DNA of 25,257 nt from a virus (taxonomy: Duplodnaviria > Heunggongvirae > Uroviricota > Caudoviricetes). Under the pieces are notes generated by a model that ran no database searches, had not been told where the DNA came from, and worked only from the letters and a program-made list of their open reading frames with translations. Location: positions 1 to 25,257 of IMG/VR virus record IMGVR_UViG_3300045921_000484. One strand, given 5' to 3'. Shown here in pieces: positions 18,577 through 25,257 of the stretch (its first letter is position 1; each line of letters begins with the position of its first letter). The position numbers and the translations under genes are program-made.

Positions 18577-19341
18577 TTAATTATTCGGTTTTGCTTCGTC
18601 TCCGTTTGGATTTGTGTTCCTAATAATTGACTTTTCCCTTGTTTTTAACATATTATTATACCATCTTGTCCTCTTAGGGGCTATTATATAATTTGGATCA
18701 TATGATCCCCTGTCTTTTCTTAATGCGGGGTAGTATGTATGTACTTCAAATGAAACAGTTAATTTTATTGTATTATCACTTGTTAAATTTTTCTCCCTCG
18801 CAATTTCTATTTGTTTTGAATCAGGTAGTATCATAACAGCATCTATATTCATGAAGTTATGTTCAAAGTACATAAATCTATATAACCATAGAGTATCCAT
18901 TATCGCCTGACTACACTTGAATATATCAACCTCATTCGATAATAGTATTGCTAGATCATAGTTTACAGATATTGGAACAGCTCTTACTTTAGCAAGAACT
19001 CTTCTTATTTCTTTGGTATCTTCAACTACCATTCTTAACCAAACATTTGGATTGGCAAACTCATCAGACTTTATATTAAACCCAGTTAATGTTAAGTGAC
19101 CCCTAGGTATTATATCAGTATTCAACTCAACAAATCTGTTGTTTGATACTATATCATCTTGAAAAGAGTCTAATAGGAATCTTTCATCTCCTGTAAGTGA
19201 ATAGTAGAAAGGTACATTAACATAAACATCTCCGGTTGAAAACCTATTTACCCAATTAATTTGACCTTCCATTGTATCTAACACACAAGTGGTTAAGTCT
19301 CTGAAAAAGACATCTTCGAAATTAAATCTTTCACCAATCAT
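18577..19341 (-). CDS. gp15: Tail terminator/sheath stabilizer, T4 gp15-like
   Basis: VPFYYS...ERFL...IPRGHL...VP.SVNYDL.I pattern of gp15; TAATATATA at 19346-19354. Confidence 0.7.
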   Translation of the reverse strand: MIGERFNFEDVFFRDLTTCVLDTMEGQINWVNRFSTGDVYVNVPFYYSLTGDERFLLDSFQDDIVSNNRFVELNTDIIPRGHLTLTGFNIKSDEFANPNVWLRMVVEDTKEIRRVLAKVRAVPISVNYDLAILLSNEVDIFKCSQAIMDTLWLYRFMYFEHNFMNIDAVMILPDSKQIEIAREKNLTSDNTIKLTVSFEVHTYYPALRKDRGSYDPNYIIAPKRTRWYNNMLKTREKSIIRNTNPNGDEAKPNN

Positions 19342-19388
19342 ACTTTATATATTAATAAACTTTCTTTCCTTTTTTCTATACATGAAAT

Positions 19389-20357
19389 ATGACAAGCGTT
19401 AAATCACTTTTACTCTGGGAGAAATGGAGACCCACTAAAATAGATGATATTATCCTTTTACCTAGAATCCGTAAGCATTTTGAAAACGGATTAACACAGA
19501 ACTACATATTTTACGGCCATTATGGTACAGGAAAAACATCATTGGCTAGAATTTTAATTGGTAAATATACAAAGGATAAGCCATTTTTAGAGATAAATAG
19601 CTCATTATATACATCAATTGATGTTCTTAGAAATGAGATAGAGGATTTCTGTAAAACAAGACCAATTATGGAGTACGACTCCGATGTTAAGTATGTGTTC
19701 CTTGATGAGTTTGAGAGAGTTTCTGCTCAATTTCAAGACGCATTTAAGGCATTTATTGAAAAGTATAGTAGGCTTGGTGTTAGGTTTATAATAACAACTA
19801 ATCATATAAACAAAGTTTCAGATGGTATAAAATCAAGAATAGCTAAGATAGATTTCAATTGCCAAAGTTTGGAAGAGGAAAAATATCTTAAAATGGAGAT
19901 TTTTAAGAGAATAAATGGAATTATATTACCAACCGAGGGTAAGGAAGTACCTAAGGGAGAACTAATTTCTATTATTAATAAGAAGTTTCCAGATTTTCGT
20001 TCCATAATGGTTGAATTACAAAACTATTTGGAAACAGGTAATTCTGTATCTGGTTCTTCTAATATATCAAATAAAGTTAAGATGGATTTATATAACTGTA
20101 TCTATAATTCATCTCTTTCATATGATTCAATTTACCATTTCCTAATGAATACATTTGGGGCTGATAAGATAGATGTTATGATAGGTTTGTTGGGAAAGCC
20201 ATTTATTGAATGGAGTATCGCTGAGAAAAAGAATGTAGATAAACTATTCCAGTGTAATTATGTAATTGCTGATTGTGCTTCTAAGTTGGATACAAATACT
20301 GATCCGATTGTATTGGGTATGACAATTATTGGAAAGTTTAGAGATATACTACTTTAA
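19389..20357 (+). CDS. gp44: Sliding clamp loader AAA+ subunit (gp44/RFC small subunit-like)
   Basis: LWEKWRP, Walker A GHYGTGKTS, Walker B VFLDEFE, FIITTN, IKSRI and FPDFRSI. Confidence 0.92.
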   Translation: MTSVKSLLLWEKWRPTKIDDIILLPRIRKHFENGLTQNYIFYGHYGTGKTSLARILIGKYTKDKPFLEINSSLYTSIDVLRNEIEDFCKTRPIMEYDSDVKYVFLDEFERVSAQFQDAFKAFIEKYSRLGVRFIITTNHINKVSDGIKSRIAKIDFNCQSLEEEKYLKMEIFKRINGIILPTEGKEVPKGELISIINKKFPDFRSIMVELQNYLETGNSVSGSSNISNKVKMDLYNCIYNSSLSYDSIYHFLMNTFGADKIDVMIGLLGKPFIEWSIAEKKNVDKLFQCNYVIADCASKLDTNTDPIVLGMTIIGKFRDILL

Positions 20358-20399
20358 TATTCATTTGTAATTTCTCTGTAAAATTATAGTTTTATATGA

Positions 20400-20736
20400 T
20401 CACTTGAGTAATTTATCTCTTAGGTCAAGTATAATATCATCACTATGTGATAGTATATGTGGTAGGTAGTCATGATAAGTTTCTAATATATCATTTATTG
20501 ATCTATCACACGTTCCAGACACATCATTTAGTAGTATTGTTATACATTCTTTATACATTCTTCGTCTATCTTTTTAATATCATGCATCCTGTTACTTGCC
20601 TCCTTTCAGTGTGACCAAAGAAGATTAACTATTTTTTGAGATATAGATTCATCATATTCGTTAGAGTATTTTGATCTCAATATTTTTCTAATTTTTTTTG
20701 TTGGGTTCTAGATTCTAATTATTTTATGTATTTCAT
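20400..20736 (-). pseudogene. Decayed late gene with a capsid-targeting-like start
   Basis: TAATATATA at 20742-20750, then ATG AAA TAC ATA AAA TAA TTA GAA TCT (MKYIK*LES); protein-like frames continue across an A8 frameshift, a TGA and a short GAATGTATAA duplication to ...DLRDKLLK*. Confidence 0.55.
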
Positions 20737-20741
20737 ACAAG

Positions 20742-20762
20742 TATATATTATTTTTATATATA
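20742..20762. promoter_or_regulatory. Back-to-back divergent late promoters
   Basis: TAATATATA on minus (20742-20750) and TTATATATA on plus (20754-20762). Confidence 0.6.
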
Positions 20763-20766
20763 GTTT

Positions 20767-21144
20767 ATGGCAACATTTAACTTCACTGACTTTTATATAG
20801 CTTACCCTGGTCATCCAAGATTCACCGATAAGGAATTAATAGAGGATGAGGTTGTTAGGGTTATTATTCAGAAGTATGAAATGATAGTATTCACTAATAA
20901 AGGAGAACTTTTTGGTGATCCAAATTTTGGAGCAGACTTGGTTAAATTATTACATGAGACCAAAGTATCAGCTAAAGTTGTTGAGAACGATATTAGAAGT
21001 CAGATAATAGAGTATATTCCTGAAATTAAAGATATATCATATGAGCTTTCTGTTTCCTTCTATCAGGATCCGGAGAATTACCAAGACGTTATGGAAATAT
21101 TTTTCAAGATATCTGAATATGAAGTTTTTTTAACGGTTTCATAA
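20767..21144 (+). CDS. gp25: Baseplate wedge subunit, gp25/GPW-like
   Basis: IVFTNKGELFGDPNFGADLVKLLHE...I..YIPEI signature; 125 aa. Confidence 0.8.
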   Translation: MATFNFTDFYIAYPGHPRFTDKELIEDEVVRVIIQKYEMIVFTNKGELFGDPNFGADLVKLLHETKVSAKVVENDIRSQIIEYIPEIKDISYELSVSFYQDPENYQDVMEIFFKISEYEVFLTVS

Positions 21145-21198
21145 AAAAAATTTTTCGGATTATTTTATTAACATGTTATTTTAATATATAGAATTTGT

Positions 21199-22326
21199 AT
21201 GAAGCATCTTTTACGTTTTTCATTATTCGAGGAGGTTAATCCAAGAGACATTTCATTCGTTACACAAATGGATGACTATTTCACAGTCGCGTTTGAATTT
21301 GAAATAGAAACAGTTGATAAAAAAAACATCAAAATTGACTTTAGTATATTGTATGATGATGATGATGTTATTGATATGTTGGATATTATAATAAAGGAAA
21401 TGAATCTTAGAAAGAAATCCGAGAAGAAACTTGTTGAGGATATAATCTACTCTGTAATTGATGTGCTGGAGGAAGGGATAATAACAAAAAAATTAAAAAC
21501 AAATTACAAGATAATAGATGAGATGTTATTTGATATCTTCAATCCTGATAATTTTAAATCTAGTAGAGATGCCGAGATAGCTTCTTTTACTAAATCAATA
21601 TTAATGAGTCATATATTTAGCGAAGATTTGAGTTATATGAAGAAGCAAGCTAAAAAATATTTGCCGAATTTTACAAGAAAATGGGCTAGGAAAATAGACT
21701 ATGTTGGGGACGTGACTTTAGAAAGAGGAATAGAGATAAAACCTAAGAAATACCTTATTGGTTTGTCAGAAGGTATAGAAATGATAAATGATTTCTTCAC
21801 TGATTTCGAATCGCAGGATTATTGGAAATTCACCGATAGAACAGGATTGCATATTAACATTGGTGTTAATAAAAAAAATGTTGAGTGGAATCCTATAAAG
21901 GGTTTACTTATGTTGAATGATGTTGGTAAAGATGATTCAGTTCCATTGGTATTTAAGGATATGAACTGGAGAATGAATAATAAATTTTGTGGATCATTAA
22001 TTACATCTATTAGAAAAATAGATCCATCTAAGATAGATGATATCAAGAAGTCTATTAATATGAATGACATCAATTCAACAGAAGATTTTTTTAATAAATT
22101 TTTAACAGATAAGATAAAAGAATGGGGTTATAAGAACTTCGGATTTAATATTACAAAATTGGATCATAATTATGTAGAGTTTAGATATGTTGGTGGTGTT
22201 ATATCTAGAGAGTTGCTTATAAATAAATTAAAGTATTTTTCATTTATTGTATATGCCATGACTAACAAGGATTATAAAAGAAGAGAATATCTAAAGAAGT
22301 TATATAAGTTTGTTGATAGCTTATAA
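21199..22326 (+). CDS. Putative amidoligase (COOH-NH2 ligase family) with capsid-targeting-like N-terminus
   Basis: FTVAFEFEIE, GDVTLERGIEI, TGLHINIG and YVEFRYVGG; N-terminus MKHLLRFSLFEE; TAATATATA at 21182-21190. Confidence 0.75.
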   Translation: MKHLLRFSLFEEVNPRDISFVTQMDDYFTVAFEFEIETVDKKNIKIDFSILYDDDDVIDMLDIIIKEMNLRKKSEKKLVEDIIYSVIDVLEEGIITKKLKTNYKIIDEMLFDIFNPDNFKSSRDAEIASFTKSILMSHIFSEDLSYMKKQAKKYLPNFTRKWARKIDYVGDVTLERGIEIKPKKYLIGLSEGIEMINDFFTDFESQDYWKFTDRTGLHINIGVNKKNVEWNPIKGLLMLNDVGKDDSVPLVFKDMNWRMNNKFCGSLITSIRKIDPSKIDDIKKSINMNDINSTEDFFNKFLTDKIKEWGYKNFGFNITKLDHNYVEFRYVGGVISRELLINKLKYFSFIVYAMTNKDYKRREYLKKLYKFVDSL

Positions 22327-22339
22327 TCAATTATTGCAT

Positions 22340-23170
22340 TTAATTAATAAAAGAATATTTTTTTATCAATTTTATCAATTCACTTTCTGTTTTAGGCTTT
22401 CTTATTTGGTCTAGAAAATCGATTAATCTATCAAGAAAAATTGAATCTCCTTGAATAATATCCATATCGTTAAATAATTCTATTTTATCTTTATCCTTAA
22501 ATAAATTCCATATTTGAAATACTGGGTTAAATTGACAGTAGAAATCACCACCAATCCATTCTGGACTGCCTTCTAGTGAAATTAATTTGTTATTGTCACA
22601 GTAGAAATTTCCACCAACCGATTTAGGACTTCCTTCTAGTGAAATTAATTTGTTGTTGTCACAGTAGAAATCACTACCAACCGATTTAGGACTACCTTCT
22701 AGTGAAGTTAGGTTGTTATTGGAACACCAGAAATCCCTACCAACTGATTTAGGACTACCTTTTAGTGAGGTTAGGTTGTTATAGGAACAGTAGAAACCCC
22801 CACTAATCGATTCGGGACTGCCTTCTAGTGAACTTAGATTGTTATTACGACAGTAGAAATCATCACCAACCCATTCAGGAGCATCTTCTAGAGAGGTTAG
22901 GTTGTTAAAAGAACAGTCGAAATCTCCACCAACCGATTTAGGACCTCCTTCTAGAGAGGTTAGGTTGTTAAAGGGACAGTAGAAATTACCGGTAACATTT
23001 CTAAATTTAATGGGTATTTTATCCAATTCTTTATAGGATAGATCAACATCACCATCTACATCAATAGATCCATCACTATTTATAGTAAAATTTTGTATAC
23101 TGTACTCACTACATGTTGATTCAATATCCTTGTTGGATTCAAATAATCTGTATTGAATTAGGTGTTTCAT
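22340..23170 (-). CDS. Leucine-rich repeat protein, paralog A (7 full 21-aa repeats)
   Basis: Start reassigned to ATG 23170 (MKHLIQYRLFES) by parallel with paralog B and the promoter at 23175-23183; repeats xFxCxxNxL(T/I)SLEGxPxxVGx. Confidence 0.85.
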   Translation of the reverse strand: MKHLIQYRLFESNKDIESTCSEYSIQNFTINSDGSIDVDGDVDLSYKELDKIPIKFRNVTGNFYCPFNNLTSLEGGPKSVGGDFDCSFNNLTSLEDAPEWVGDDFYCRNNNLSSLEGSPESISGGFYCSYNNLTSLKGSPKSVGRDFWCSNNNLTSLEGSPKSVGSDFYCDNNKLISLEGSPKSVGGNFYCDNNKLISLEGSPEWIGGDFYCQFNPVFQIWNLFKDKDKIELFNDMDIIQGDSIFLDRLIDFLDQIRKPKTESELIKLIKKYSFIN

Positions 23171-23180
23171 TATGTATATA

Positions 23181-24074
23181 TTAAAGGATAAATTTATAAT
23201 CATTAATTAACTTTCTTAATTCAATTTCCGTTTTTGGCTTGCCTATTTGGTCTAGAAAATAGATTAATCTATTAAGAATAACGGAATTACCTTGGATAAT
23301 ATCCATATCATTAAATAATTCTATTTTATCTTTATCTCTAAATAAATTCCATATCTGTTCTACTGGGTTATTTTTACAGTCGAAACGACCATCAATTGAT
23401 TCCGGAGCACCTTCTAGTGAAATTAGTTTGTTATTAGAACACCAGAATTCACTACCAACCCATTTAGGACTGCCTTCTAGTGAAATTAGTTTGTTATTGC
23501 AACAGAAGAAAACACCACTAACTGATTTAGGACCGCCTTCTAGTGAGGTTAGTTTGTTATTAGAACAGAAGAAACCACCACTAACCGATTTAGGACTGCC
23601 TTCTAGTGAGGTTAGTTTGTTAAAGGAACATTCAAAATTTCTACCAACTGATTCAGGACAGCCTTCTAGATAGGTTAGATTGTTATAGGAACAGTTGAAA
23701 TCACCGCTAACTGATTCAGGGCCTCCTTCTAGTGAAGTTAGGTTGTTATAGGAACAAATAAAATCCCCAAAAATCAATTTAGGACATCCCTCTAGTGAAG
23801 TTAGTTTGTTATTACGACAGTATAAATGACCACCAACCGATTTGGGACAACCTTTTAGTGAAGTTAGATTGTTATTGGAACAGTAGAAATTACCACTTAC
23901 ATTTCTAAATTTAAGGGGTATTCTATCTAATCCTTTATCAGATAGATTAACATTACCATTCACATCAATAGATCCATCAATATTTATAGTAAAACTTTGT
24001 ATACCATATTCTTTACATATAGATTTAATATCCTTATTAGATTCAAATAATCTATATTTAATTAAATATTTCAT
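23181..24074 (-). CDS. Leucine-rich repeat protein, paralog B (8 full 21-aa repeats)
   Basis: MKYLIKYRLFES start, promoter at 24079-24087, same N- and C-terminal caps as paralog A. Confidence 0.88.
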   Translation of the reverse strand: MKYLIKYRLFESNKDIKSICKEYGIQSFTINIDGSIDVNGNVNLSDKGLDRIPLKFRNVSGNFYCSNNNLTSLKGCPKSVGGHLYCRNNKLTSLEGCPKLIFGDFICSYNNLTSLEGGPESVSGDFNCSYNNLTYLEGCPESVGRNFECSFNKLTSLEGSPKSVSGGFFCSNNKLTSLEGGPKSVSGVFFCCNNKLISLEGSPKWVGSEFWCSNNKLISLEGAPESIDGRFDCKNNPVEQIWNLFRDKDKIELFNDMDIIQGNSVILNRLIYFLDQIGKPKTEIELRKLINDYKFIL

Positions 24075-24084
24075 AATGTATATA

Positions 24085-25257
24085 TTAAAGGATAAATCTA
24101 TAATCCTTAATAACCCTTCTTAATTCTTCTTCACTTTTAGGCTTGCCTATTTGGTCTAGAAAATCGATTAATCTATTAAGAATAATTGAATCCCCTTGAA
24201 TAATATCCATATCATTAAATAATTCTATTTTATCCTTATCCTCAAATAATTTCCATATTTGATAGACTGGGTTATATTGACAGTTGAAATAACCTCCAAT
24301 TGATTCCGGAGCACCTTCTAGTAAAATTAGTTTGTTATTAGAGCAATAGAAATCTCTAACAACCGATTTAGGACCGCCTTCTAGTGAAGTTAGGTTGTTA
24401 TTGTAACACCAGAAATCTCTACCAACCGATTTAGGACCGCCTTCTAGTGAAGTTAGGTTGTTACTGTGGCAGTAGAAACCACCATCAACCGATTTAGGAC
24501 CGCCTTCTAGTGAAATTAGTTTGTTATTAGAACACCAGAAATCTCCACCAACACATTTATGACCGCCTTCTAGTGAAATTAGTTTGTTATTGTTGCAGTA
24601 GAAATTCCCACCAACCGATTTAGGACCGCCTTCTAGTGAAGTTAGGTTGTTATTGTAACATTTGAAATGACCACCAACCGATTTAGGACCGCCCTCTAGC
24701 GAAGTTAGATTGTTATTGAAACAGTGGAAATCTCCACCAACCGATTTAGGACCGCCTTGTAGTGAAGTTAGGTTATTATTGTTGCAGTAGAAACTCACAC
24801 TAATAGATTCGGGACAACCTTCTAGTGAAGTTAGGTTGTTATAGGAGCAGTAGAAACTACCACCAACCGATTTAGGACCCCCTTCTAGTGAAGTTAGATT
24901 GTTATTGTCACAATAGAAATCCCTACCAGCCGATTTAGGACAGCCTTCTAATGAAGATAGGTTGTTATAGGAACAAATAAAATCACTACCAACTGATTCC
25001 GGTGATCCTTCTAGTGAAGTTAGGTTGTTATAGGAGCAGTTGAAATCACTACCAACTGATTCCGGTGACCCTTCTAGTGAAGTTAGATTGTTATTGTAAC
25101 AGTAGAAATGACCACCAACCGATTCAGGACAGCCTTCTAAAGAGGTTAATTTGTTATAGGAACAGTTGAAATTACCACTTACATTTCTAAATTTAATGGG
25201 TAGTTTATCTAATTCTTTACCGGATAGATCAACATCACCATTTACGTCAATAGATCC
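24085..25257 (-). CDS. Leucine-rich repeat protein, paralog C (14 full 21-aa repeats), 5' end outside the window
   Basis: Frame is open from the window edge (GSIDVNGDVDLSGKELDKLPIKFRNV...) to TAA 24085-24087. Confidence 0.88.
   Translation of the reverse strand, partial: GSIDVNGDVDLSGKELDKLPIKFRNVSGNFNCSYNKLTSLEGCPESVGGHFYCYNNNLTSLEGSPESVGSDFNCSYNNLTSLEGSPESVGSDFICSYNNLSSLEGCPKSAGRDFYCDNNNLTSLEGGPKSVGGSFYCSYNNLTSLEGCPESISVSFYCNNNNLTSLQGGPKSVGGDFHCFNNNLTSLEGGPKSVGGHFKCYNNNLTSLEGGPKSVGGNFYCNNNKLISLEGGHKCVGGDFWCSNNKLISLEGGPKSVDGGFYCHSNNLTSLEGGPKSVGRDFWCYNNNLTSLEGGPKSVVRDFYCSNNKLILLEGAPESIGGYFNCQYNPVYQIWKLFEDKDKIELFNDMDIIQGDSIILNRLIDFLDQIGKPKSEEELRRVIKDYRFIL

Larger units (their letters stand above)
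22340..25257 (-). repeat. Tandem array of at least three paralogous genes, each with internal 63-bp tandem repeats
   Basis: 63-bp periodicity (e.g. AACCGATTTAGG at 24361 and 24424) and shared cap sequences. Confidence 0.95.

Noticed and set aside
20400-20736. Stop-codon reassignment as the explanation for interrupted ORFs
   Set aside because: Lesions include TAA and frameshifts, and core genes translate at full length in the standard code with TAG and TGA used as real stops
23171-23203. Longer start (MIINLSFNIYI) for LRR paralog A
   Set aside because: Overlaps the paralog B stop and the promoter; ATG 23170 matches the paralog B start
89-23673. Antisense ORFs in the track (89-370, 1957-2337, 2476-2748, 3337-3684, 7196-7579, 9300-9482, 11145-11396, 12618-12830, 13545-13802, 14825-15037, 15300-15817, 17795-18016, 19614-20005, 21819-22073, 23428-23673)
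   Set aside because: Shadow frames of well-supported genes on the opposite strand, with no motifs
24798-24798. GTG start for LRR paralog C given by the ORF track
   Set aside because: The frame stays open to the window edge and includes the N-cap, so the real start is outside the window
22340-25257. Diversity-generating retroelement acting on the LRR repeats (many variable codons are NNY, as from AAY templates)
   Set aside because: No reverse transcriptase or non-coding template repeat in the window; synonymous adenines in TCA CTA GAA are largely unchanged; TGG, GAA and AAA variants do not fit. A search for an RT elsewhere in the genome is still worthwhile.

Overview
This is an AT-rich segment of a large T4-superfamily (jumbo-type) tailed phage genome using the standard genetic code. 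Head module: major capsid protein, a prohead protease fused to a repeat-rich scaffold, portal, gp2-like end protector and gp4-like head completion gene. Other core genes: gp15-like tail terminator, gp25-like baseplate wedge, gp55-like late sigma factor and gp44-like clamp loader. Accessory genes: NADAR (partial), a Dam-family methyltransferase, M28 peptidase, NFACT-R, type II glutamine synthetase, a putative amidoligase, one intact and two nuclease-less homing-endonuclease-type elements, and a tandem array of three LRR paralogs. Most notable: (1) the LRR array has 7, 8 and 14 shuffled 63-bp modules that vary mainly at predicted concave-face residues, and the two copies whose 5' end is visible each have their own late promoter and a putative capsid-targeting N-terminus; (2) an MK(H/Y)L..(F/Y)..FE(S/E) N-terminal tag is shared by unrelated late proteins; (3) a truncated, divergent paralog of the major capsid protein lies in the Dam operon; (4) there are two promoter classes, T(A/T)ATATATA (late) and AAACT-N15-17-TATA (non-structural genes); (5) the late sigma factor seems to start at ATT behind an in-frame uORF and hairpin; (6) gp4 is split by an A14 tract. 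All family calls come from motif recognition by eye; no database searches were run.
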